Shown here piece by piece: positions 1 to 12,313 of a stretch of 64,000 nucleotides of DNA. The position numbers and the translations under genes were made by a program. Origin of the DNA: Octopus bimaculoides. Its lineage: Eukaryota. The stretch lies in the NCBI RefSeq assembly GCF_001194135.2, contig NC_068983.1:9418542-9482541 (forward strand), read 5' to 3'. How positions within the stretch are numbered: position 1 is the first letter of the stretch; each line of letters starts with the position of its first letter. The notes under the pieces are model-generated. The model was not told where the DNA came from. It made no database searches and saw nothing but the letters and a program-made list of their open reading frames with translations.

Positions 1-328
1 TATATATATATATATATATATATGCAATATTAGTACATATTTATATTTACGTAAAGTATTTAGTTTTGTTCGAGAGAGAAAAAAACTTTACTGACGGTTC
101 CGATGCTGTGTTCTGACTTTTGGGCACGCTTTCTATCGGCTCCTACGCCTATTTATTTGTCATTCCTCACACTTACACATATCTATCCATACATACACAT
201 ACGCATACATACAAACTTATGTCTATATACAAATGCGTGCATCCATCTACGTACAGATGTATATATCTAGTCATGCAGGAATGTAAAACAGAAAAGATGG
301 CATAGATACAGTATATATGTATATGTGG

Positions 329-388
<60 letters not shown>

Positions 389-1218
389 NNNNNNNNNNNN
401 NNNNNNNNNNNNNNNNNNNNNNNNNNNNNNNNNNNNNNNNNNNNNNNNNNNNNNNNNNNNNNNNNNNNNNNNNNNNNNNNNNNNNNNNNNNNNNNNNNNN
501 NNNNNNNNNNNNNNNNNNNNNNNNNNNNNNNNNNNNNNNNNNNNNNNNNNNNNNNNNNNNNNNNNNNNNNNNNNNNNNNNNNNNNNNNNNNNNNNNNNNN
601 NNNNNNNNNNNNNNNNNNNNNNNNNNNNNNNNNNNNNNNNNNNNNNNNNNNNNNNNNNNNNNNNNNNNNNNNNNNNNNNNNNNNNNNNNNNNNNNNNNNN
701 NNNNNNNNNNNNNNNNNNNNNNNNNNNNNNNNNNNNNNNNNNNNNNNNNNNNNNNNNNNNNNNNNNNNNNNNNNNNNNNNNNNNNNNNNNNNNNNNNNNN
801 NNNNNNNNNNNNNNNNNNNNNNNNNNNNNNNNNNNNNNNNNNNNNNNNNNNNNNNNNNNNNNNNNNNNNNNNNNNNNNNNNNNNNNNNNNNNNNNNNNNN
901 NNNNNNNNNNNNNNNNNNNNNNNNNNNNNNNNNNNNNNNNNNNNNNNNNNNNNNNNNNNNNNNNNNNNNNNNNNNNNNNNNNNNNNNNNNNNNNNNNNNN
1001 NNNNNNNNNNNNNNNNNNNNNNNNNNNNNNNNNNNNNNNNNNNNNNNNNNNNNNNNNNNNNNNNNNNNNNNNNNNNNNNNNNNNNNNNNNNNNNNNNNNN
1101 NNNNNNNNNNNNNNNNNNNNNNNNNNNNNNNNNNNNNNNNNNTATATATATATATATATATAAATATATATATATGTATGTTTATATATACACACGGAGA
1201 CATATATATATATATGTC

Positions 1219-1257
<39 letters not shown>

Positions 1258-1774
1258 CTAGATAAATAATATAAGGAGATCCATATATACATGTAGATGA
1301 GAACGTAAAGATATGTATAGGTATAACGAATACGTACGTATATACATACATACATACATACATACATACATTCATACATACATACATACATGCATACATA
1401 AACACGAACTAGAACAAAGCTTCACAAACAAACAACTAAGGAGAGTAAATTTTAACACAGCTGAGCTGAATAAAACAGCGTTGAGTGAAAGACAACAATA
1501 CTGTATTTCTGCAGCATATAATCTAGCGTTGGTAAATATTTGTGATTCTGGGTCAATATTTTTATTTCATCAGTCGATCAGCTTTGTTGCATTATTTCAT
1601 AGAATAACAACAGAAAACGTGGAATATCTTTGTTATCAGAGGAATATTTCAACAAATACTGTTATCAATATTTAATGATATACATATATATATATTTATA
1701 TGTGATGGTGGCAGTGGGAGAGTTTGTGCGAAGGGGGTTTGTCTATGTGAGAGAGAGTGTGTTGTTTGTTGTTG

Positions 1775-1813
<39 letters not shown>

Positions 1814-2068
1814 TGTTTGTGTGTGTGTGAATGTGTCTGTATGTGCATGAGTGTATGTATAACAATATTACATTATACGTATATATTACATTATACGCGC
1901 ACACAAGCAAAAACACATATATGTGAATAGACATGTTATCATTCTATCTATATATCTTTCTATCTATACATGCACAAATACATACATACATACATACATA
2001 CATCAATATTTGTGTGTGTGTGTGCGAATGTGTGTGTGTGTATTTCTGTCTGTGTATGTTTATATATA

Positions 2069-2372
2069 TGGTAAGAAGCTTGCTTTCCAGTACGTAGGAC
2101 GGGTTTTAGTCCCAGCGCGTGGCACCACGTGCAAGAGTCTCTTACTTACTATAGTCTCGAACTGGTCAAAGCCTTGTGTGTTGATTTGCCAGACGGAAAC
2201 TGAAAGAAACCCTTTCATGTATATGTGCATGTACACAATCGATAGAATCTGTATCAGGTTTAAAACATAAAAAAAAACTTTAAGTATGAGTTTCAATTTG
2301 TTCGACTATCATTTTACAAGACGGTACTTCAATATGGCCACGGTCTATTGACTGGAACAAGTAAAGGATGAA
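2069..2372 (+). mobile_element. Degenerate tRNA-derived SINE, family A (5' part plus decayed tail)
   Basis: Matches the 59266 copy: ggcacc..gcaag.gtct, gccttgtgtg..gatttg, gacggaaactgaaagaa; tail remnant gactggaacaagtaaa near 2350. Confidence 0.7.
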
Positions 2373-2460
2373 ACGATGAAACGTGTGTGTGTGTAATATG
2401 TGTGCCTGTGTGTTAGATATATTATAAATATACGTCATACTTACATATATATGTGTGTGT

Positions 2461-2665
2461 AGCCTCCTATCGCAAGGTAGGTTCGTCAGGGACTCTCGGC
2501 AGAAAGTGATCCAGTTTTGTTTTTAAAAAATCTACCTCCACTTTGTGTAGGTCCTTCAGGCTCTTTGGGAAAATATTAAAAGCTGTGGGCCCTTGAAACC
2601 CATGTTGTTGCAGTAACTGGTCCGGAACCGCGACAGCAGTGTTGGGATCTTTGGTACTGTACAGT
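2461..2665 (-). mobile_element. CR1-like LINE ORF2 C-terminal fragment
   Basis: Minus strand translates (with frameshifts) TVPKIPTLLSRFRTSYCNNMGFKGPQL-NIFPKSLKDLHKVEVDFL..LDHFLPRVPDEPT, the typical CR1-clade post-RT tail; the same family recurs at 52740-52900. Confidence 0.7.
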
Positions 2666-3106
2666 GGGAGATAGACGAAATGTAGCGTCAGAATGCATGG
2701 AGAAGGTGAAATGTATAGCTGTTCTAGTTGGTGTCAAGATTTGCAAAATGGAGGCTGAGGCACGAGAATAAAAAAATGAACGATGGTCAAACAGGGGAAG
2801 CAGTGATGAAAAGGTAAAGAGAGAAAGAGAATGCGCGAGAGTGTAACTTGAAGTGAAGGCAAATTTTCAAATCTAAATCAAATATCTAATATTACACACA
2901 TACACACACACACACACATACATAGAAACAAGTATATTAATTATATGCATATATATTAAGGTATAGGCACACGTTTACTCATAAACATTGACCCATATTA
3001 GCATACACACGTACTGGCGAATGTTAAAATAACGAAAAACGTAGGTAAACGGAAATATTTCATGCCTGAAAGGTTCAAAGTTCTTTTAATATGTTTATCT
3101 CTTAAA

Positions 3107-3305
3107 GGCGGCGAGCTGGTAGAAATAAGCCGGCCGAAATACTTAGCGGTATTTCGTCCGCTTTTACATTCTGAGTTCAAATTCCACCCATGTCCTGCCA
3201 TCCATTTTGGTCGATAAAAGAAGTACCAGTAGAGTACTGGGGGTTTATGCAATCGACTTAACCTCTCCTCCGAAATTGCTGGTCTTGTGCCAAAATTCGA
3301 AACCA
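3107..3305 (+). mobile_element. tRNA-derived SINE, family B
   Basis: ggcggcgagctggtagaa head, ttctgagttcaaattcc B-box-like motif, gataaaa..agtaccagt..tactggg core; homologous to 8358 and 55649. Confidence 0.8.
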
Positions 3306-3329
3306 ATATCTTCATTTCTTTTCTAAAAG

Positions 3330-3475
3330 AGATGAGCCGATAGAATCGTTAGCACGGTGAGCAAAATGTTTGGTTTATTTCGTTCATCTCTATGTTCTGC
3401 TCTCATATTCGGCCAAAGTCGATTTTGCTTTTTATGCTTTCGGAGTCGATAAAAGAAATACCAGTTGAGCACCAA
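3330..3475 (+). mobile_element. Degenerate family B SINE in tandem with the previous copy
   Basis: gaatcgttagcacg..gcaaaatg..gtcgattttgcttt..ctttcggagtcgataaaa..ataccagttgagcac. Confidence 0.7.
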
Positions 3476-4594
3476 TATATTTATCTCTTTTTTTATCCCG
3501 CATTGAAAAAAATTATATGGAAGAAATTTTAAATCTATGCATATATATATTTGTAGTTTTAACTCGTTTTCCTAGCAAATGGTATTCCGACACCCTAGTT
3601 TATATATGTATATATATATGTATGTGTGTATGTATGTATGTATGTATGTATGTGTGTATATATATATATATANNNNNNNNNNNNNNNNNNNNNNNNNNNN
3701 NNNNNNNNNNNNNNNNNNNNNNNNNNNNNNNNNNNNNNNNNNNNNNNNNNNNNNNNNNNNNNNNNNNNNNNNNNNNNNNNNNNNNNNNNNNNNNNNNNNN
3801 NNNNNNNNNNNNNNNNNNNNNNNNNNNNNNNNNNNNNNNNNNNNNNNNNNNNNNNNNNNNNNNNNNNNNNNNNNNNNNNNNNNNNNNNNNNNNNNNNNNN
3901 NNNNNNNNNNNNNNNNNNNNNNNNNNNNNNNNNNNNNNNNNNNNNNNNNNNNNNNNNNNNNNNNNNNNNNNNNNNNNNNNNNNNNNNNNNNNNNNNNNNN
4001 NNNNNNNNNNNNNNNNNNNNNNNNNNNNNNNNNNNNNNNNNNNNNNNNNNNNNNNNNNNNNNNNNNNNNNNNNNNNNNNNNNNNNNNNNNNNNNNNNNNN
4101 NNNNNNNNNNNNNNNNNNNNNNNNNNNNNNNNNNNNNNNNNNNNNNNNNNNNNNNNNNNNNNNNNNNNNNNNNNNNNNNNNNNNNNNNNNNNNNNNNNNN
4201 NNNNNNNNNNNNNNNNNNNNNNNNNNNNNNNNNNNNNNNNNNNNNNNNNNNNNNNNNNNNNNNNNNNNNNNNNNNNNNNNNNNNNNNNNNNNNNNNNNNN
4301 NNNNNNNNNNNNNNNNNNNNNNNNNNNNNNNNNNNNNNNNNNNNNNNNNNNNNNNNNNNNNNNNNNNNNNNNNNNNNNNNNNNNNNNNNNNNNNNNNNNN
4401 NNNNNNNNNNNNNNNNNNNNNNNNNNNNNNNNNNNNNNNNNNNNNNNNNNNNNNNNNNNNNNNNNNNNNNNNNNNNNNNNNNNNNNNNNNNNNNNNNNNN
4501 NNNNNNNNNNNNNNNNNNNNNNNNNNNNNNNNNNNNNNNNNNNNNNNNNNNNNNNNNNNNNNNNNNNNNNNNNNNNNNNNNNNNNNNNNNNNNN

Positions 4595-4643
<49 letters not shown>

Positions 4644-5717
4644 GCTGTTATTATATATTTTTTCTGAATAGTTTGTTTTCTTCTTTCTACATGATATTCA
4701 AGTCAGTTTAGCTGGCTGAATTATAATCTCAGCATTTTCTTTGTTTTTGCATACTTTCCGTTTATTTTGAATAGACTGTTTATGTCTACTGTAGTGAATA
4801 TTAAAAAAACAAATTCTGTAATAACATAAGAGAAATTTTGTAGCAAGATCAGCATACCGAATGGTTCTCGGGAGTTCGGGAAAATACTTTCATTCTTTCT
4901 GCAAATATTCTTGGCAATTTCGTACCATTCATAATCTATGTGCGAAATGAGACAATTTGGCGCTACTGCTTGGAGGCTGACGATTTGGCACGGCTGACAG
5001 GACATTGATCATACATTTTCTCGTTGGAGGCAAATACACACAGATACTTATGAGCAGGTGCGCAGAAATATACGCATGCAGGTAGAGAGAGTACGTGTGG
5101 GGAAAGGAGAGGGAGAGAGACAGAAAGAGAGAAAGAGAGATTATAATTCAGTTATAGAATACGACTGATATAAGCACTCGGGCACATAAAGACAAATATG
5201 CTCAGAGAGAAAGAAAGAGAGAGAAAGAGATAGAGAGGGGGGAGAAAGAAACGGAAGACTGTGAGAGGTAGAGAGAACGAGAGACACATTAAAACGAGAG
5301 AAATATTATAAAGTCTGATGTCAAATAAGTCAGCGTTGAATCACCAAAAATGCGGCGCCAAAATGAGTCGCGATGTCGGAAACCCATCTCAGCGTGTGCG
5401 CATCGCAACGTATGAACTGCGAGTAAAAAAGTTGGCTAGTGAATAAGTAGCAGTAACACTAAGTCTTAAGTGTCTCCATTTTCTTCATTTGTACTTCTTC
5501 AGTGTTTAAGCGGTATTGGGCCAGGATCGTTTGTGAAAATTTCAGTCAAATTTCTGTGCCTATGTATCATATTCAGCGTTTATATATCGTATTAGAATAC
5601 AGTTAATTCGTTATATCTTAATCCCTGGTTTTAACGTTTCTCCTGCTTGGGGGAGTCAAAACTAAACTGATTCGGTCTTCCGTCGATAGTGATTCTTTTG
5701 CGTTGTTTTGTTTACAG

Positions 5718-5939
5718 CTATATTCCAATACATTGGTCTAACGATATTAAAGCAGCTGCCATGCGCGTGTATACATCCATAAATGATGGTTCTAGCTCGA
5801 TTTCGAATACTGCTATCGTTTGATTGTTCACTGTAACGCGAGCAGTACCGTTGCAGCTTTTCAGTCTTGTTAGGGACCTACGCTTTTCTGCACAGATCTG
5901 ACAACTGCGTGTACTTTTTGCGACAGATATGGCGCTGGT
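5718..5939 (-). CDS. Possible terminal exon (73 aa, unassigned)
   Basis: Stop-free frame TSAISVAKSTRSCQICAEK...NGTARVTVNNQTIAVFEIELEPSFMDVYTRMAAALISLDQCIGI* directly after ataatttag in non-repetitive DNA; no homology recognised. Confidence 0.2.
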   Translation of the reverse strand, partial: TSAISVAKSTRSCQICAEKRRSLTRLKSCNGTARVTVNNQTIAVFEIELEPSFMDVYTRMAAALISLDQCIGI

Positions 5940-6040
5940 CTAAATTATATTATGGAATTTTTCATTGAATTCTTCGATATTGTCGGTTACGACCCGCCAT
6001 AAAACGCAAAGCATAATGTATATTAGTATAGACAGACAGG

Positions 6041-6341
6041 TTTGTTGTTGGCACTCCGTCGCTTATGACGTCGAGGGTTCCAGTTGACAGACACGTGTAC
6101 CCTTAACGTAGTGTGACAAGGCTGACCCTTTGAATTACAGGCACAACAGAAACAGAAAGTAGGAGTGAGAGAAGGACGTGGTGAAAGAATACAGCAGAGT
6201 TCGCCACCACCCCCTGCCGTAGCCTCGTGAAGCTTTAGGTGTTTTCGCTCAATAAACACTCACAACGCTCGGTCTGGGAATCGAAACCGCGATCCTATGA
6301 CCGCGAGTCCGCTGCCCTAACCACTGGGCCATTGCGCCACC
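6041..6341 (-). mobile_element. tRNA(Arg)-like SINE, family C, with internal deletions
   Basis: Reverse complement begins ggtggcgcaatggcccagtggttagggcagcggactcgcggtcataggatcgcggtttcgattccc (A and B boxes); homologous to 46726-47106. Confidence 0.9.
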
Positions 6342-6969
6342 ACAGACAGACAGGTAGAAACACACACACACGCACAAATACAAACACGTATTTATAACAC
6401 TTCTTGAATAATTAATACGTATGTTTACAGAGTTCTGTCTATAGGATTAATAAGTATATATTTACTTCAGGCTCAACCTGGAGAAATCCCTGCGGATCAA
6501 CTACGGGATTTACTTTTCCAGCAAAGTTAAACACATGTTAATTAATTTTATAGATATTACTTATAAACATATACCTACATACACAGAGAAACACAGACAC
6601 GCACATATGTATGTATGCATGTATGTATGCATGTATGTATGCATGTATGTATGTATGCATGTGTGTGTGTGTCTGTGTGTGCATGTGTGAGTATGCGTCT
6701 CTGTGTGTGCGTATGTGCATGTGTGTGTGTGTGTGTGTGTGTTATGCACGTATGCAGAGAAAAAAAAACTGAGGAAGACAGGATAAGGGGAGCGAAACGA
6801 AACTGTGAGAGAGTAAAAGAAGAAAGACAGAGCGATTTGATCGGTTTATTGATCCGTTCATTCAATCATAATCAAACAGAAAGACACGCAGGCAATTTTA
6901 ATATGTATGTCCATTCACATCCGCACGAACACACCCTCCCACATGTGTACATGTACATACATATATATT

Positions 6970-7029
<60 letters not shown>

Positions 7030-8099
7030 ACATACATGCATACATATATATTTATATGTAGATACATAGACATATACATATATAAGCATATATGTATGTA
7101 TATATATTTACGTATATGCATATTCATATGTATATGTATGCATACACATGTATATACTCGCACATATGTATGTATGTATGTATGTATATGTACTGGTAAT
7201 TGAGAGATACAATCAGGATGCGTAGTGAAAAAATGTAGGAATATAGAAATATAAAAATAGGCGAAAGGAAAACAATTCCATCTGCAATGGAACAATGCCA
7301 ACACATTTTCCAGAGCCCCAATGCAGTTAGATATTGGAAGATTTTATTGCCGCTATATAGATTATGTGGCTGAATTAGGAATATGGACAGGGCTGGAGCT
7401 TCGGAGGTATGTCCCTTTGAGAATGGTTTTGTTGAATGTTGTAAAAAGATCGTCGCGAATGTGAGATACGATAGCAGTGACGTCAGTAAGAGTAACTGGC
7501 ATGTGACTTGTTTAGGTTCATACAACCGTCATATGCGTTTGACAAATATATAAAGATCTATGACCTCTACATGTTGCGTGTGACAAAGCCATTTCTAATT
7601 CATTTGTGTGATAGAAAAAGAACTGTGTGCCACTGTGAGTATGTGTTTGTGAGGGTGTGTATAGATGAATGTAATATTCGAGACGTGTGTGTGTGCGTGT
7701 GCTTCTCTGTGCGTGTTTGCAAGAGAGAGAGATAGAAAGTGCGTGAGCGCTCGGTTGCAATGTTCGATGCATATAAGCTGTTACTGTGTTGTAGATTTAA
7801 ATAGTAATCCATTATTGCTTCAAACAGGCAAGGCTTTCAAAGCTCAACCACTTCCTGATTCTCAAAATGAACCCTTCCGCTGTGACGTAAGGTAATTGGT
7901 GGATGACCAATGTGTTGGCATCGTCGAAGTTTGTCGGAGATTTTTACTTAGAACTTCGAGTGCGAAATTAATGCGATTGTATAGAATTACCTCTTTCGTT
8001 TACTCGTTTGCCTTAAAGCGAAGGCATAAATTGACTTTGACTTGACAGAAATAAATACACACAGACACACACAGTTATATGTATGTAAGCATATCTGTT

Positions 8100-8177
<78 letters not shown>

Positions 8178-8357
8178 TGAACTACCAAAGAAAGAAATAG
8201 GATATGCAGTTTAAATTTAAATGTTCCCTCTGGGGCTTTTTGACGATGCGTAAAACACTACTCTTTCTAAATTAAATATTTCTTATTTCTGAACACAGAA
8301 ATCTGAGCCTAAAAGGAATAACACCGCCTTTGTAGTTTCATTATTAAGGAGCACGAA

Positions 8358-8575
8358 GGCGGCGAGCCGACAGAATTGTTAGCAAGCCGGACGAAATGCT
8401 TAGCAGTATTTCGTCCGGCGCTACGTTCTGTGTTCAAATTCTGCCGAGGTCGACTTTGCCTTTCATCCTTTCGGGGTCGATAAATTAAGTGTCAGTGAAA
8501 CACTGGGGTCGATTGTAATCGACTCATCCCCTCCCCCAAAATTCCAGGCCTTGTACCTATTGTAGAAAGGATATT
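8358..8575 (+). mobile_element. tRNA-derived SINE, family B
   Basis: ggcggcgagcc..gaattgttagc..ttctgtgttcaaattctgccgaggtcgactttgcctttcatcctttcggggtcgataaattaag; the central gcctttcatccttycgrggtcgataaa motif resembles Deu/Nin-type SINE core domains (from memory, unverified). Confidence 0.9.
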
Positions 8576-9412
8576 AAGGTGCACGTATGTAGGCTGGTGT
8601 GCTTTTTATCCTAGTGAGCCATGATCAAGTAGTCCTTTGTCACATAGATAATTGCTTAGTATATATANNNNNNNNNNNNNNNNNNNNNNNNNNNNNNNNN
8701 NNNNNNNNNNNNNNNNNNNNNNNNNNNNNNNNNATATATATATATATATATATATATATAACCTTTGGTAAGTACTTACAAAAATGTAGATTGAATCCAT
8801 TAACTATGGTCTAATATATATTTGTTCCTAGGCTAAAATAAAAAGATTAACACATGTCCATGATTCAATGGTTTGGGGCCCTAAGGTCAACACGTATTTT
8901 TTCTACATTTTCTCTGTACTATAATATTTGCTAGATGGTGCTACAAATTTACGATTGAAATGCTACTATTGGATTACCTTTCTGATATGGCCTGGGGAAC
9001 AACTGGATATAGAATATTAAAATTTATTAGTTATAATTCTCACTAGCTGACCCTGTGCCGTCAAAAATAATGACTAATTGTAGTATTTTATATAGAAATA
9101 TTGTATAAAATAAGGTTCATAATAATCACAGATACAAACATCCACATTCGTCCCTTGTACGTGCACACACATATACACATATACTCAAAAAGAGTTGAAA
9201 CGCTGATTTTTTTTCATCCCTTCCTTCCTTATTCAACTATAACCCCTTCCTTTCACCATTACTATTATTTTCTCTCTCTCCCTCTCTCAGTCAGGACTAT
9301 TACTCTCACTACTTCTCCTTCACTGAATTACTATTCACTCTTCTTCCCCTTCACTTATACTACTCTTTCTCCTAGTCCATCCTACTTCTACTTTGTGATT
9401 TTGGACAAATAC

Positions 9413-9447
<35 letters not shown>

Positions 9448-10319
9448 GTTGTGTGTGTGTGTGTGTGTGTGTATGTGTGTGGTCGAATGCATTTGTACAT
9501 TTTAATATTTTAATATTCTAATGATCCTATATGTTCATTGTACTGTTTAAACTAGTGAAAGCGCATAAATACCTGTGTTGGACAGTCATGCCAGGAGCAA
9601 AACGCCATGTGTCCTGACTATGATGAATCTACATGTCTTATCTAAATAAGCATAATTATGATAATGANNNNNNNNNNNNNNNNNNNNNNNNNNNNNNNNN
9701 NNNNNNNNNNNNNNNNNNNNNNNNNNNNNNNNNNNNNNNNNNNNNNNNNNNNNNNNNNNNNNNNNNNNNNNNNNNNNNNNNNNNNNNNNNNNNNNNNNNN
9801 NNNNNNNNNNNNNNNNNNNNNNNNNNNNNNNNNNNNNNNNNNNNNNNNNNNNNNNNNNNNNNNNNNNNNNNNNNNNNNNNNNNNNNNNNNNNNNNNNNNN
9901 NNNNNNNNNNNNNNNNNNNNNNNNNNNNNNNNNNNNNNNNNNNNNNNNNNNNNNNNNNNNNNNNNNNNNNNNNNNNNNNNNNNNNNNNNNNNNNNNNNNN
10001 NNNNNNNNNNNNNNNNNNNNNNNNNNNNNNNNNNNNNNNNNNNNNNNNNNNNNNNNNNNNNNNNNNNNNNNNNNNNNNNNNNNNNNNNNNNNNNNNNNNN
10101 NNNNNNNNNNNNNNNNNNNNNNNNNNNNNNNNNNNNNNNNNNNNNNNNNNNNNNNNNNNNNNNNNNNNNNNNNNNNNNNNNNNNNNNNNNNNNNNNNNNN
10201 NNNNNNNNNNNNNNNNNNNNNNNNNNNNNNNNNNNNNNNNNNNNNNNNNNNNNNNNNNNNNNNNNNNNNNNNNNNNNNNNNNNNNNNNNNNNNNNNNNCA
10301 TGTACGTATTTTGTGCTTA

Positions 10320-10470
10320 TTTGTCAATACTTAAAAACCCGCTCCAGTATGTTTATCTCCCCTAAGTACTAACAATTCGGCAAAAAGAACGACTGAATAA
10401 CCACGAAACTTAAAACGTGTCCTTCATTTCAATACCTGGAACAAGTAAAAGAATAAATGAAAAGATAAAA
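10320..10470 (+). mobile_element. Decayed 3' half of a family A SINE
   Basis: ttcggcaaaaaga..cga..gaataa and ctggaacaagtaaaagaataa tail as in 59266-59697. Confidence 0.55.
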
Positions 10471-10472
10471 GC

Positions 10473-10535
<63 letters not shown>

Positions 10536-12242
10536 TGGTCGAATGCATTTGTACATTTTAATATTTTAATATTCTAATGATCCTATATGTTCATTGTACT
10601 GTTTAAACTAGTGAAAGCGCATAAATACCTGTGTTGGACAGTCATGCCAGGAGCAAAACGCCATGTGTCCTGACTATGATGAATCTACATGTCTTATCTA
10701 AATAAGCATAATTATGATAATGAGAGCCATTCTAAATCGGCCTGAAGCATTTCATGTATGATCATTGTTGAAGTCTAAATGAGCAGAGAACGAGACGGAT
10801 AGACGGATAGGCTGAGAGACACGAAGATGAAGAGAAAAGAATAGATAGTCGGACTTAGTGAAACTTCCAAGAAGTTTTTTTACTCATGGCAGAATTTAGC
10901 TATCCAGTATATTCCTCCAGGTACTTCATCGTAGACTTAGTATGCAATGCCACACTATACAACTTTGCTCAGTGAAGACCATTTTTTTTTCTTTCTTTTA
11001 TACTTTGTAAGAAATTGTATTGTTCTTGTTTCTCTATTGATTTCAGTCGGAAACAGAAAGTAGAAGACTTTAAGTTCCGAAGCCTGTTATATACAGCTGT
11101 TACTTTATATGCATTAGAATTCCTAGAATTCCGAATATTAACACATCACTTCTGTAAAAGTATCATTCATTCAAAGAAATGTGTAAATCCAAATGTGCAA
11201 AGAATTTATATATANNNNNNNNNNNNNNNNNNNNNNNNNNNNNNNNNNNNNNNNNNNNNNNNNNNNNNNNNNNNNNNNNNNNNNNNNNNNNNNNNNNNNN
11301 NNNNNNNNNNNNNNTATATATATATATATATATATTCATATTCATTTATGTATATATTCAATATATACACAAAGGCGTATACATATTTTTGTGTGAACAT
11401 AGAGATATTTATATAAGGCATATGCCCGCGTGCGCGCACACACACACGTACACTCTAACATATATCATAAGCAAATATGCATATAAAGGTATACATACAT
11501 ATATACATACATAGACATATATATTTGAACTACGCACACGCACGCACACACACATGCACACACACACACATATGTATTATGACTTTCAACCCAACATGAT
11601 ATTTAAAAGCAATAATACGAAGCAAAAAAAAAAAAGCAATATGTACACTGTCTGTACACGCAAGATGTATCAACTACATTTCAGTTAATCGAGGTAGCAA
11701 ATACACTGGAGAACACCTGCTGCCACCTGAAAGAAAGGAAGAATCTTAAAAAAAAAAACGAAAAAACGAAAAAAAAAATTCAAGAGACGCTAAAGGCAAT
11801 CTTATTTCAGAAAATATATTGAATAAGTATGTCGTGGTGAATCAGACACCAGCGAATACGGGTACTCACTTTATGTACAACAATACATGAAATGATAGGA
11901 GCTAAATTTGTTTTACTTTATTAAACGTGATCTGATGTATATATACATGTGCGTGTGTGTTTGTGTGTGTAGAAAGGGAAAGCAAGAGAAAGAAATAGAG
12001 ATGCATACCTACATATGTCTGCGTGTTAGTGTGTGTGAATACACTCACATATATATAAGTAAGTGGGTTTCAGGTAAAGATCTCGTAGAATCCTGTAGCA
12101 GAGCTCATTCACAATTACTGGGTGCCTGGTGTTATCATATCTAGAAATTCACATGCTATTGGATATATTTCAGGAATTTCAAAGTAACCGTAGAATTTAT
12201 ATAAATAGATCAGAGACGGAAAATGGAACTAACCAGATTCTT

Positions 12243-12313
12243 TATTCGAAATCACTACAATTGTTTCAAACCTTGTGAGAGAATGGGTGAAACAATTGTA
12301 GTGGTTTTGAATA
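12243..12313 (+). ncRNA. Pre-miRNA-like hairpin (candidate)
   Basis: 26-bp stem (12243-12268 with 12288-12313), fully paired on + with two G-U pairs; 19-nt loop. Confidence 0.35.

Noticed and set aside
173-4711. Long ORFs of 270-410 aa in the ORF track (also at 9.6, 15, 18.6, 24.7 and 30.8 kb)
   Set aside because: They consist of X from N-gaps plus YI/CV/HT/I/N runs from microsatellites; not genes.
4721-5005. 94-aa Cys-containing minus ORF with a possible donor TCG|gtatgc
   Set aside because: Weak acceptor, in-frame stop just upstream, no recognisable domain.
9042-9073. Possible minus-strand Helitron 3' end (gtca..tgacgg..CTAGT)
   Set aside because: The hairpin is only ~4 bp and no matching 5' TC end was found.
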